Of a stretch of DNA of 64,000 nucleotides, positions 1 to 11,962 are shown piece by piece; position 1 is the first letter of the stretch, and each line of letters starts with the position of its first letter. The DNA lies in assembly GCA_003971905.1 (NCBI GenBank), contig RSEE01000005.1:1178001-1242000 (forward strand), written 5' to 3'. The DNA comes from Moniliella sp. 'wahieum' (Eukaryota). The notes under the pieces are model-generated. The model was given only the letters and a program-made list of their open reading frames with translations, searched no databases and had not been told where the DNA came from. Made by a program: the position numbers and the translations under genes.

Positions 1-120
1 GACGTGCAACGACATGCTGACGTTCCGATCAGAGGGGTACATTGGCATGGCCATCACGGCCGGTGTAGCGACGATTGGCGGCATTCTGCTGGCCAGCTGT
101 TGCGGCGGCGGCGTTAACCT
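1..120 (+). CDS. Possible 3' end of an upstream membrane-protein gene (partial)
   Basis: Frame open from the window edge reads TCNDMLTFRSEGYIGMAITAGVATIGGILLA, ending in a hydrophobic helix, then pyrimidine-rich UTR-like sequence. No family recognised. Confidence 0.25.
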
Positions 121-879
121 CGCGGCCTCGGCTCCACTCTGCTCTCGTCTCGTCCGTTCTTGTGTCCAACCCCCCGCGTCGCTCTTTTGGCTTGCCGTTA
201 TACAATTCTGCTGGATTCTGTGCCTTGCACCTTTCCCCCCGGCCGACCGATGCCATACCAATCTATTTCCCACCCTTCTCTCCCACCACTATGCCGGCTG
301 CTCTGCGCGTGATGACAGAGACTGGTCAGGATGCTCTCCGGTGGGTAGGGTGCATGCAAGGTAGCTCGTGGGTTGCTGCCATGTGGTCGACGCCCCCTCT
401 GTGTTGCCAGCGTTTCGACGGGCGGGCACTGGGACATGTGACGGCTGGCTACGCAGCCGGATTAAGATTGCTGCGCTGCGCCTCGGGCGCACTGGGAGCT
501 AGCTGGACGCTTTGAAATGTAACCTGCCGCGGGGGAAAGGTTGGAAACGCACACCCACAGCCACATTGTTTCAACAACCCAGCCCCGAAGAGAAACGCCG
601 CCGGGCGCAGGGGCAGTGTCAGCAGCGGCCATGCGCTCCCGCACGCTGCCGCTGGTTTGAAATTTGATGCGCTTGGCCGCCGCCCGGGCCCTCGTTCGCA
701 TTTCGCATCGCACACTCAGGACACAGGACACTTTGTACGCACAGCCGATCCGCCGCCGCAACTCAAATCCTACTCCTCCTAATCCTCGTCTTCCTTCAGG
801 CCACCTTGCTTTTCCCCCGCTCTTCCTCCGCTCCTCCTCCCTCCTCTCCCCGCCACCCTTCTCCTCCGCATCCTTTCCT

Positions 880-3505
880 ATGCCCCCTCGTCGCCGTGCC
901 AACTTTGGTGCTACCCTGACCAGCGAACAGGACACCGACCGGCCCGCTTTGGGTGCTGCCGCCCACGCTTCTGAGCCTGCCGCCGCGTCGGCTTCGGAAC
1001 CCGCCACCCCTACCAAGGGCAAAGGACAGGCCAGGCTCCGGGCAAGAGTCAGCAAGGGTCCGGGCAAAGGCCAGGGCCAGAGCAAGGGCGCAGCCCAGGA
1101 CAAGGACAAACAAGGCCAAGGGCAAAGCCAAGGCCAAGACCAGTCCTGCCGCCGACGGCGCTCGTTCCGCTCAGTCAGGTGCCTCCTCGCTTGAGGCAGC
1201 CAAAGGCAAAGGCAAAGGAAAAGACAACGACCACAACAAACCCCACCCTCAAAAAGACGCCGCCCAGCCTGGCTCGGGCAAGGCCTCCTCGCCGATTGCT
1301 GTCACCGTTACCGGCTACTCCCCCTCTCCAGAAGAAGCGGAAAAAGAAGCAGAGGAGGAGGAGGGTGTGGAGGTGGAAGCATGCTTCATCTGTGCAGAGC
1401 CGATGCGGGTGCAAGCTGTGTACCCATGCAGCCACACGACGTGTGGGAGGTGTGCGCTGCGGTTGCGTGCGCTCTACAAGCAAAGTGTCTGCGTGTACTG
1501 CAAGTCCGAGGCGGCCGAGGTCGTATTTACCTTGCAGCCCGGGCGGGAGTTTGCTTCGTTCACCCCGGACGAGATGGAATGGCACGACAACCGCCTGGGA
1601 CTGCGGTTTGCCACCCAGGAAGAGAAGGATGATGCTCTGCAGCTGCTGTTGTTCCATTGCTCTCACTCGGGTGCGAGCATACTCTCCCCCCCGCTCTGCC
1701 TTGGTCGCTGGCATCCACCCCTCCGTGGCCATTGGCACAGGAACAGAGGGTGCTCTTCAAGGCTGGGCTGGGCTTAAGGAGCATGTGAGCAAGTCCCATC
1801 GCCGTAGCCTTTGCGAGCTGTGTATTCAGTTCAAGAAGATCTTCACCTACGAGCACCCTCTCTACACGCATCGCCAGCTCGCCGCCCACCAGACAAGCGA
1901 GCATCGCAAGTGTGAGTTTTGCAACCAGTTCTTCTATGGCCCCGACGAACTCTACAAGCATCTACGGGATCGGCACTTTCAGTGCCAAATGTGCGCCGTC
2001 TCTGCTACCCCCGACCCTGTCCCATCCGAAGTGCAGGGGGACGACCATGAGGCCCGCCACAACCGACGGGCCGCGGAGGCAGCCAACGCACATGCGCGCC
2101 TGGCAGCGGCCGAGGCACAGACGTGGTACCGCGACTACCGCGAGCTAGAACGACACTTTGAGAAGACGCATTACCTTTGTCCCGACCTCAGCTGCCGAGA
2201 ACAAAAGTACGTTGTGTTTGAGGTACGTGCTCTCCCTCGACTGCGTTGCGTTGGCCCTTTTTTTCAGGGTCCAAACTAACGTGCAGGTTAGAACGAGATG
2301 GACTTCAATGCGCATCGGTTGCGGGAGCATGCTTCTAGTATGACCCCACGAGAAAAGCGGGATGCGCTTCGGGTTGATGCGGCGTTCGGGGAGAGTGTAC
2401 GGGACCAAGGCGGGCCGTCGGCGGGCGCGGGGGGCCCTGTGCCAGGCGCAGCTTCTCGGCCCAGCCGACGTGCCGGGTTTGGCGGGCGCCGACCGAACCT
2501 AGTCCCGGCGCGAGCGGTGGGCCACGGCAAGATGTCGAGTCGCCGCTGACCAGGTGTTTATTGGGCTGGCTACCGCCGTGTTGGGACCTGCCTTTACGTC
2601 GTCCAAGCTGGCCTCGATGCGCATTGGCTTGGCCACCTATCGCGCCGGTGAGGCAGGTGCGGATGACTTGGCCACCACCGTTGGAGCGTCGTCGACTCGG
2701 CCGACGGCGAGCCCGACACCAAGATCCAAAATGGTGCGAGCCTGATTCGAGGTTTGGGCAACCTGCTCCTCTCCACCCCGAACCAGGGGGATGATCCTGG
2801 GACGGTGGACGAAAAGGCGACGGCTCTGATGCGCGCCTGGTCCGCTCTCGCTGCCACACGCAACTCCTTCCCTGCTCTGGGAGGGTCCCAACCGCCCAGG
2901 CCCACCGGGAGCCGGTACGCGTCCGCCGCCGGCTCGGCAGCGGCCATTCGCGTCGCCGTGGGCTACCAGTCGCTCTGCCGCTGCCATGGACTTTTTCCCC
3001 GCTTTGACCACCCCCAGCTCGCGACCAGTGCAGAAGAGTTGGGGATCCAACATGTCTCGTCCGCCTGTCGTCACGCCTTCGGCCGCAACGAGTCGGAGCG
3101 TTCGCTATGCCAACGTCCAGGCTCGGCGGCCCATGTTGCACGACACAAGCCGGCACCGGGCTCTACGCCTTGGGCCCCGGTACCTCCTCCCACCGCAAGT
3201 CCTCGTCCGCAGGCTCAGGCCGTTCGGACCGTCGTCGCTGCCTCCCTTCGCCTGGGGGGAAAGCAAAGGCGCCTTCTGCTGCTGCCTTCCCAGGGCTGCC
3301 GCAGAAAACGTCGACGGCCCAAGGGGAAAAGTGGCAGGGCAAACTGCAATCTACCAGGGCCAAGGTTGGTCCCGCTGGGCCGTCAGTCTGGGCACCTTCA
3401 AGTAATCCGCCTACCGGCTCTTCCTCCGCTTCCTCCTCTTCCACTCATTTGGTCCTGCCACCGCAGGGCAAGAAAGGTAAGAACAAAAAAGGCCAGACGT
3501 CGTGA
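880..3505 (+). CDS. HEL2: RING-type E3 ubiquitin ligase of ribosome quality control (Hel2/ZNF598 family); introns and frameshifts
   Basis: RING CFICAEPMRVQAVYPCSHTTCGRCALRLRALYKQSVCVYCK. Then C2H2 fingers (CELCIQFKKIFTYEHPLY, CEFCNQFFYGPDELYKHLRDRHFQCQMC, HFEKTHYLCPDLSCREQKYVVF), FPAL/FPGL motifs and a basic C-terminus (KKGKNKKGQ). Likely introns ~1671-1740 and 2223-2286. Confidence 0.9.
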
Positions 3506-3681
3506 CGCTGGGCAACGTGCGGCGCTGAGCACGAGCAAGCAGCCCTGCGCGCCTTTCCTTTTGTCTCTCCTCTGGAATCCATTCGTTGCCTACCGGACTA
3601 TGGTGCTGGGACGCGCTCCATCCATCACGGAACAGTGTAGGATTAGTATTAGTATACAAAGTGGGCCCCAAGTGCCTGGGC

Positions 3682-4333
3682 CTACTCCCGGCCATAGACG
3701 ATGCCTCCGCCTGGTGCGACACCGGGCGGCAAGTCTTCCTCGGTCGGCATCAACTTGCTCGGACCATCTCCCTCCAAGCCCATGCTTGCGCGGAGAGAAG
3801 CGCGCGTCGCCGGCCCCGGCGTGCCGATCGCCGGCGTGTGGGCGTTCGCGCGCCCTCCTTGCTGGGTAGTGGCAAGCGGCGTGCTAACTTTCTCCTTGGT
3901 CGCCGTCGTTGTTGAAGTCGCCGTTGGCGGCGCCCGCCGCCTTCCTCCTCTTGACTTGGGCCGCGAGGTCAGGGATGCCGGCCGAACGCATGATCACGTC
4001 CAGCTGGCTCCACAGCCCGGCAATCGGCGCAAACTCTTGCCCGACAGCGATGGACTCCTCGAGTTTGCGGTTGAGCTGGTTGCCCCTCGAGCAGCACCTC
4101 GAACGACTGGGGTGCACAAGGGTCAGCGCAAGGCAGCGCACAGCAGGCAGGAGAGACACGTACTTCGTTGATTTGGTGCACCAGGCGGGCACGCTCGCGT
4201 TGGAACACGTCGTACCCGGCGCGCGTGCCGGCAAGCGTTTCAGGCCGCTCGGACGTGAGAGAGACGAGGACTATGGGACGGTCAGCTGCGTTTCGTTGTC
4301 TTGTGCGCCAGCAGCCAGGAGGGGACGTACCAT
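3682..4333 (-). CDS. DAD1: DASH/Dam1 kinetochore complex subunit Dad1
   Basis: ATG (4333) is followed directly by a GTACGT intron. Spliced/frameshifted reading gives FQRERARLVHQINE-SFEVLL..NQLNRKLEESIAVGQEFAPIAGLWSQ, matching the Dad1 pattern LNRxLExxIAVGxEFxxxxxLWSQ. Tail ...LPPGVAPGGGIVYGRE* ends at 3682. Confidence 0.85.
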
Positions 4334-4587
4334 GGCCACACCAACAGTGGGTGTAACAGTGGGTCCAGAGTGTTGGTGTAGCAGTGGCTGCCAGCAGTGT
4401 TGGTTTGCTTGCGGCTGCCGTGTTGATTTCCTCTCGGCTGCTGGCCGGCCACACGCGTACGCCCAACCCTACAGTGCCCCTGCATACGTAAGCATGTTCA
4501 ACACCGCATCATGTATCATCATTACGTGCGCGCCGAGACCAGGGAAGGTTCACCTTGTATCGGTAGCATTCCCGCGTTGGACAACAC

Positions 4588-4659
4588 GCCTCTTTGGCTC
4601 AGTGGTACAGCATCGCACTTGTAATGCGAAGATCAGTCGTTCGATTCGGCTAAGAGGCA
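4588..4659 (+). tRNA. tRNA-Thr (anticodon TGT), intronless
   Basis: GCCTCTT/AAGAGGC acceptor stem, A-box TGGCTCAGTGG, anticodon arm TCGCA-CTTGTAA-TGCGA, T-arm GTTCGATTC, and an oligo-T Pol III terminator. Confidence 0.95.
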
Positions 4660-4676
4660 TTTTTTTTCTTCTCTGC

Positions 4677-4730
4677 TACAGCGTCGCACTTGTAATGCGA
4701 AGATCAGTCGTTCGATTCGGCTAAGAGGCA
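4677..4730 (+). pseudogene. 5'-truncated tandem copy of tRNA-Thr(TGT)
   Basis: Repeats tRNA positions 4606-4659 with one substitution and is followed by the same T-run. Lacks the 5' acceptor strand and A-box. Confidence 0.85.
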
Positions 4731-5163
4731 TTTTTTTCTTCCCTGCCACATGTCAGGCTGATCTGGACGGCCTCCCCGGGGCTTCACACATATACTTCCG
4801 CGCTCTCAAGTTATCGCTCACCCTCCCCCCCCCCTCTATCCCTCGCTAAACCGCCAGCCAAGCTGGGGCCTAACTGCAGATGAGAAGGCAGGGCTCAGGC
4901 TGCGCAGCGGGCGGGCAATGGTGGGGGTATGCTGGATGCAGGATGCATCCGCGTCGACCTCGTCGTTGTCAGGAGCGTACATCATCCATCCATCCCGCCA
5001 AGCGCCCGATCAATCGTCCTGCCTTGTTGGCAAGAAGCACCCCAGAACGACAAAAGAAGGGGTTCCAAAGTCCCCTACTCACTATGTCCTCTTGCCCATC
5101 ATGGGCACTACTACCTCGCCCAGTACTTCCGCGCGCGCACACTGCTTCCGTGCGCTCTCGATC

Positions 5164-7309
5164 TCAGAAAACACGCGGATCTGCACCCATGCGTTCAAAC
5201 GGGGATAAACGCATCGGACAACAGACTGGCCCAGTCGGCGCTCGGGGCGGGGGGAAAACAGGTCGGAGCGCACCTCCCGAGCTTGCTCGGCAGCACGGCT
5301 CGGGTCCAACGCCCGAGGAGGCAGCGCGATCCCGGACGCGGGCCGGCGGGTTCGACTCGGCGCGGTCTACCGTGTGGAACGCAGAGGCGTAAGAGGAGGA
5401 GGTGGGCGCAGGCGAAACGGCGCGCGCAGCAGCTTCGTCCGTACCATTACCATGCGGCTCGTAGATCTTTTTGGGCCGCTCAATGGTCCGACGGAGCGCG
5501 GTGGTCCGTGGATCGGTGGCAGGGATCAACGCAGGCCAGGCTCCCGTTCCCCCAACAGGCGGCGCGTTCGGTGCGGCTGAAGCACGGACGCGCAGCGCGT
5601 CTGGAAGGTCCACGCCATTGGACTGGAGGATGACGAGCATATCCTTCCAATCCAACATCGGGCCTTCGTACCCCACTGCGCTGCCGACTCGTACTGCGCC
5701 GGTCCGGGAGCGAGTGAGCAACATGCGCCGTCGCTCCGTTTGGCGCCGTCGAGCGACCAACAAGGTAGTAGTGCGTACACTTTCCGCAGGTCGCCTTCAA
5801 TGCTGGCCAGCACAGGTTCGATCAGCGCACTCGACGGCTCCACCACGCCCAATAGCTTGGCCAGCTCGTCGGCTCGCACAGGGCCTCGTCGCCGCCCCGC
5901 ATCCTCACTTCCATCGCTCTCATGCATATCTGATCCTGACGAGGAAGACGCGGAAGAGAATGAGCTCCGAGACCTAGGAGAAGAGGATCCATCACTCCCT
6001 CGTGATCGACGGGAGACGATGAGCGGGGTGGAGACTGGAGGACCGAGATCCGGAACGCAATGACAGAGAGCTTTGATTCGACTCTGATTTGCTGGAAGTC
6101 CTGCCCGGTTTATCGATCGAGTGGGAGCGAGAGCGAGAGCGGGACAGAGAACCAGATCGAGAGCGAGAGCGGGGCAGAGATCCAGAGCGAGAGCGAGAGT
6201 GGGAGCGAGAGATGGACGGGCATGGGGATGGGGGTGGGAATGCTGCGTGGCGCTGGAGCGAGAAATACCGGTTTGAGCGCTTTGCCTCCAAGGCGATCCA
6301 CGATTCCAGTCAGTTGATCGGTCAGCACGCCTTCCCCGTCGTCGGAAGCCATAGGGTCGGGCCAGGCGGCCAAAGCGTGGCGATGGTACAGAGCTGCATA
6401 CGCATCGTGTCGGGTACGATACTGGCGGACCAAGCGCAACACCTCTTCGTCGCGCTTGGCGCGGGGGTCTCCAGCGCTTGAGGAAGTGGTGGAACGAGCG
6501 GGGGCGCACGGGGAAATTGGCGTAACAGGTCACCGGCTGCAATCACGTTGGCGAGGTGCACACGTTCGTTGGTTCGCCCGGAACGGGGACCGGGCCGAGC
6601 GCCCCTTCGGCATCCAGTTGGTCCGCAAGCGCATTGAAGTGAACCACTTCTCGGTCTGCCACCCCAGCTCACGCCGATGAAATTGGTCTCGAAATACGTG
6701 CAAGGGCCGCCGCGAAGGACGCCGCCCGGCTTGCGCTTCGCGTCCCTCCTCTTGGGTCTCCGCGCCGAGCGCAGAGTGATCACATCGGAATCCAGCAACG
6801 CATCCAGATGCGCATCGGGGGAAGCACGAGGAATGTCAACAAAGTGACGCGATGCAGCCAGACGTAAGCGCGCTGGAAGGTGGTAGTTTCCAGGATCCCA
6901 GGGAAGAGGGGTAAGACGGTTTCGGAGGAGCGGGCGCGAGGCGTGTTGGAGTAGATGGTGTGTGCGGGGAATGCGAGCGGACATCGTCGCGGGACCAGGG
7001 CAATCCAGGAGGCCGAGGCCGAGGGGGCGATGGCGGCGGAGGGGTCAACTCGTCGGTGTCGGAGGCACTGGATAGGGGGGGGGAGGCGCGACGCCTGGCG
7101 CGCTTGTGTGGACGTCTGGCCTGGGCCGCGGGAGGGACAGACCGGGGTGCAGGTGCGTCCGAGCCCGAAGCAGTGTCCGACGCAACGTCCGACGCCGCAG
7201 CCGATGCCGAAGCCGACGCAGCATCCGAGACGGCGTCCGAGTCGAGGGGGGCTTCGAGGTAGGATATTCGCCTTTTGGCCGCCCTCGATGGGCGGGTGGA
7301 CGCGGGCAT
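5164..7309 (-). CDS. Hypothetical protein (frameshifted), weak resemblance to fungal Rrn9-like proteins
   Basis: Coding-like segments chained across frames: MPASTRPSRAAKRRISYLEAPLDSD..., ...YAALYHRHALAAWPDP..., SRSRS repeat, IEPVLASIEGDLRKVYALL, MLDWKDMLVIL. Family assignment is tentative. Confidence 0.5.
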
Positions 7310-7604
7310 GGCGTTCCGAGCAGGAGTGGTGGGGGGGCGTGGCGCTGATCGACACAGCGCTCTGAGCCCAAAAGAGACGCTTTGGGTTTTTTGCCATGGG
7401 CAGGCAGTGGAGTCTTATGTAAGCCCCACCCGACATTTCACTTTGTCCTGTGATGTCATCGCGGCGATTGTGGCCGGGGCAATCATAATCAATGGCCCAT
7501 CCAACATCGATGTATCATCAATCAACGTTCACCCCCGCATTGGCGGCCATCGCCGAGCGACCCTTACGGATCCAGTCCTCATCCCCCCGTGCCCGCCGCC
7601 CAGC

Positions 7605-8249
7605 ATGGGCTTGCCTCCTCCCATACGTCCCAAACATCAACCCAGGTCCAAGCGGTCATGGGCCAAGGCATCCACCGCCAGTTTGTCATTGGAAAGTCCG
7701 CGCTCCATGGTGCCCAGTACGCATCGTTGGCCGCCTCGCCCGTCTATCTGCTCTGCGCCTGACGCAAGCACCGCTTTAGCCTGCGGGGGCTGCTGCGCGC
7801 CAATTGGATTGTGCCCCTGACCGGCAGCCTGGTGGCCGGCGCCTATGCAGCCCAGACCTGCTCCAGCGCCAGTGACCAGGCGACGTTTGCCCAGGCTACC
7901 GCCATGCGCCACAACGCTGCCTACATCAAGGCGGAAGACTACTTTGTCATTGGAGGGGTGGTGGGGGCCTTGGCCATCCCTGCCATTTTTCGTACGTCGC
8001 TCCACCTCGTTGCCTCTCTCGTTCCACCCCTACAGTTGTCGCAGGCCTTACTGACGTGTCGCCCTCCTTGGTTACCCAGTCAAACGGGTAGGTAGTATTA
8101 TTAACGGCGTCTTGGGTGGTTTGGGCATGAGTGGCAGCGCGGGCCTGGTGTACGACTGGGTGGAGGAGGCACTGCAAAAACGCCAGCCTGCTGCTCTGAC
8201 TTCAACAGGAGAGGTCCCCCTGCCACCGCCGGTTCCCAGTCAAGCCTAG
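7605..8249 (+). CDS. Small fungal membrane protein of unknown function
   Basis: Spliced reading ...AMRHNAAYIKAEDYFVIGGVVGALAIPAIF-LKRVGSIINGVLGGLGMSGSAGLVYDWVEE...SQA*. Clear intron 7992-8079 (GTACGT, CTGAC, CAG). Gly-rich TM helices. Start uncertain. Confidence 0.6.
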
Positions 8250-8800
8250 TTTCGCGGATGCCTTCCTTCCTTCTTTATAGGGGCGGACTATGGCCTTGCA
8301 AGCACACCCCTCTTGCCCGCTACAGTGTGAAACCAGCCTCTGTATAATTCACGGCAAACTGCAACGGATTGCAGGGACCGCCGTGCCTGAGACTCCCTGA
8401 TCCCCCACAGGCAATGATGCCGGGCCATGGAACGTCGGGGCAGCTGTACACGTTGGCCGGGCGCAGGGGGCAGGGGAGGGGACGAACATACCCTCGACGC
8501 TGGACAAGGGTCGTGGTCGTTGGCATAGGCCGGGTGCGTTTGCTTGGACTCGAAGGGGATGCAGAGACGACAGCGGCAGCACTTCACGTTCAACTGAGCC
8601 CGCTGGGGGCACTTGCTTTGAGAGTGCGCGCCTGAAACGTTCAACCCGCTGCTCGCCCGCCTCCATCGACGTGGCGGCGGCAGGCGACGCAGCCAGCTCG
8701 CCCTCTCGCTCGTCGCTCTTGCGGCCGCCGTCCGCCGCGCTGCCCCCACCGAGCCCCCCGCCCCCACCGCCGCCTCGGCGCACGCATCGCCTCGCCTCGC

Positions 8801-10314
8801 ATGCACGCCAACCGCCGCTACTTGGCCGCTGGCACGCGCGTCCGCGACCGCACCGCCGCCTTCCGTGCCGCCCTCGCCGCTGCCCGTGGCGCCTCCTCGA
8901 CGCCCTCCGCCAGCAGTGCTGCCGCCGCCTCCGCCGGCCAGCCCGCCTCCACATCCGCCACGCCCCTCCGCGCCGCCCGCCACGCCCTCCTCGACGACCC
9001 CCACCCTTCCCCCCACCACCCCCTGCCTCGGCGCCCGGAAAGCGGCGGGGCGAGTTTGCTGAACGCGCCCAGCTCATCTTTCTCGACGTGGCGCGCACGT
9101 CGGAGAAGCTGGGCAACCTGGCACAGCGTGGGTACCTGTCCCAGCCCCCCCCCCCTGTCCGTCTTGCATTCCTAACCAACCCCTCCTCTCTTTCTCCTTC
9201 TGCCCCCTGAGCAGTGGTCCAGCGCCGCAACCTATTTGACGATCGTGCTGTTGAAATCTCCCAGCTGACCCAGGTCATCAAGGCCGACCTAGCGGCGATC
9301 AACAGTCAGATTTCTGGCCTGCAGCAGTTCGCAGCCAAGACGGGCAAGCCCAAGGGACCCAAAGCTACCGTCGCCGAACATCAAGGCAACGTGGTGAGCT
9401 TACTCCAGTCCAGCCTCGGCGCCACCAGCAACTTTCAGGACATTCTCGAGACCCGCACTCAAAACATCAAAGCCTCCCGCGATCGGACGGGGCAGTATGC
9501 CTACGGCGGCGCCCGTCCAGCCCCCGGGTCGACAGAAACATCTGGTAAGCCCCCCCACCCCCCTTTTGGTTCGTGTCCTCCTGGCTGACGTCCCATATCC
9601 CATAGACTCACCCTTGTATCGCAGCCGGCGACCACCTGCTACCGCGGCCGCTGCGGCCCACCGGCAATTGCCCGGGTACGATTTGGGTCCATCGAGTGGG
9701 CCCGTGAGTCGTGCTTCGACGCCCAGCAAGCTAGCCAACGCCACGGCGTTGTCGGACGAGGGTGCGTCCCAGGCTCAGGGAGCGTCCGGGCCCGAGGGCG
9801 AGTACCTGGCGCTCGACATGGGCAACCATGGAACTTCGTTTACTCAAATGCAACTGGTGGAGCAGCAGGTATGTTGTGTTCTCTCGCCCTTCCTCCCCGG
9901 CGTCGTTTTCCCGTGGCTGGTACTGACTTGCGGCTGGCTGCGCTCAGGACGACTATGTCCAGCAAAGGTCTCGAGCGATCGAGAACATTGAAGGCACGAT
10001 TTCCGAGTTGGGACAAATGTTTGGCCAGCTGGCTCCATGGTCGCGGCACAGCGTGAAACGGTGCAGAGGATCGACGAGGACGTGTTGATATATCGGACAA
10101 TGTGAGGGCGCCCAAAACGAGCTGCTGAGGTACTATGCCAGCGTCAGCTCCAATCGTGCGCTTATGTTCAAGATCTTTGGCGTTCGTCTCCTCCACTTCG
10201 TGAGACAAAGTGATCTATGATACTAACCTCCCCCCCTCTTTGCCTTCGCCTTGGCTCGTCTTGCTCTTCCCAGATCCTCATCATCTTCTTTTTCTGTTTA
10301 TTCTAGTGTCGTGA
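8801..10314 (+). CDS. SED5: cis-Golgi t-SNARE syntaxin Sed5/Syntaxin-5
   Basis: N-terminal RDRT motif, RGEFAERAQLI..TSEKLGNLAQ, RRNLFDDRAVEISQLTQVIKADLA, F-QDILETRTQNIKASRDRT, QMQLVEQQ, a SNARE region and a C-terminal TM ending VS*. Several introns. Confidence 0.93.
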
Positions 10315-10682
10315 GTGAGTAGCGCGACTTGCCCTGCAAATGTCGGAGCTGGTGTGGGTCGAGCGGGTACGCCAGCAACCCACTTTCCCCTCCTGGCCCT
10401 CTGCCCACGACTGCTTCTGCCCCCCCAGACAATCCATTCCACCTTCGTTGTACGCTGCGTTTCGTCTTTGCGGGCCATCCCAATCGCACTCTAATCCTGT
10501 AGGCAAGGGACAAACGTCGTATCTAACCGTATGCACTGCCTGTTGGTTCAACCCATCGTATCGCATAGAGCGCGCAACGCGAATCCGCCAGTGACGGATG
10601 CCCGAACCGGGCCGCCCGCTACCCATTCCAAAGGGGACCAACAAACAGTGTGGCCAAGAAGAAAACGGTATGTTGAGCATGG

Positions 10683-11120
10683 CTAATCCTGCGCCTCCTT
10701 CTCGGCTGCTGGCGGGCCTTGCGTAACCGCATGGCCTCTTTGGCTGCCGCCTCTTCGTGCGGTAAGAAAAACGTCCTTCATCGACGCTTCGGCCGCGGCC
10801 ACGTTTTTTCGCACGGCGTTGCGCGTACGGTTCATGCGCTTCCCACCACAACCAAAATAAGGGTCAGCGGCCCCGCGAGCGTAACCCCGCGGGGAGAGTC
10901 AAGGCACACAAAGACGGGCACTGGCGCCGGCACAGGCAACAGAACCCAACCTACCTCTTCATGGAAGAAGCAATCGGCCATGCCGCTTCAAAGTGCATAC
11001 GCCCATCATGCGTGCCCCCAGTCCTTTCGCATGGCACTTTTCCAGCGCCGCGATCAATTCGCCACACTCGCGTTTGCGGTTGGCGCGCACCGAGCGCTCC
11101 GAACTGGGCAGCTCCGCCAT
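10683..11120 (-). CDS. CMC2: COX assembly twin CX9C protein (Cmc1/Cmc2 family)
   Basis: ECGELIAALEKCHAKGLGARMMGVC (CX9C), a frameshift, a GTAGGT intron, then RMNRTRNAVRKN. Start codon uncertain. Confidence 0.75.
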
Positions 11121-11962
11121 GCCTGGGCTGCGCACAAGTCGGATGGTGGTGGAGGGGGGACGGGGGGGCGGGGGGGGGGTGGGCCGACCTGGGCCGGCGG
11201 GGGATCGGTGCAACTGCCCAGGGCCAGGCACAGGGGCAGTGTGTCTGCTGCCGCGTGGATGCTGTCTTTGCATTCTCCTTTCCAATAGTAATGCGCGTAT
11301 CGCCGCGGGCGTAGGGCGAAGCAAGCAGCGCGTCCTGCGCAACACAAAAGTACAACGCGCAACAGCAGAGGCTATGGGTCGCTTCTTTCTTTCGTCGGGG
11401 GGAGAGCAACGTCGCCAAGTACACACATATCAACATGGGATGGGGGGCGATACGAAGCACAGAACGCAATATGAACGCAGCAGGGAGAAAAAGAAGCACA
11501 AAATGGGGCTGGGGGCGCCCGTGGCCCGGATGTCGCGGCGCAAGCGACACCGAGGGCGCGTCGGGCCCGCTGGCCCAGGTGAAGACATGGCCCCAAGGGC
11601 CGGGAATGGGGAATATGATGGACGAAGCAAACACGGCCCGGAAACCCTCGTCCACTTTTGAGGGAATGTACAGGGGGGTAGGTGTGGACGAACCGAGACG
11701 GTATCGGGTGAGAGCCACGCACCCCAGCGGCCCTCGAGGTAGGCGTGGGGCGGGGCGGGGCAGGGGGGGTAGAGGCATGGATGTGGCATGGGCTAGGCAT
11801 GGTGTGTGTTGGGAGGAAGGGGTGGGGTAAGGTAGGGTGGGGTCGGATCGGATCGGATCGGATGGGAAGTAGCGGGAGTGCACCATGTGCATGTGGAACG
11901 GCCAGAGGCGATCGGGGGGGAGGGAAGTTCGTGATGAACGCGGCCGGGTGCGCGAACTAGTG

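Noticed and set aside
10340..10680. Possible H/ACA snoRNA or telomerase RNA between SED5 and CMC2
   Set aside because: One hairpin followed by ACA on the minus strand, but no convincing H box or two-hairpin layout and no CTAACCCT template. 3' UTRs explain the region.
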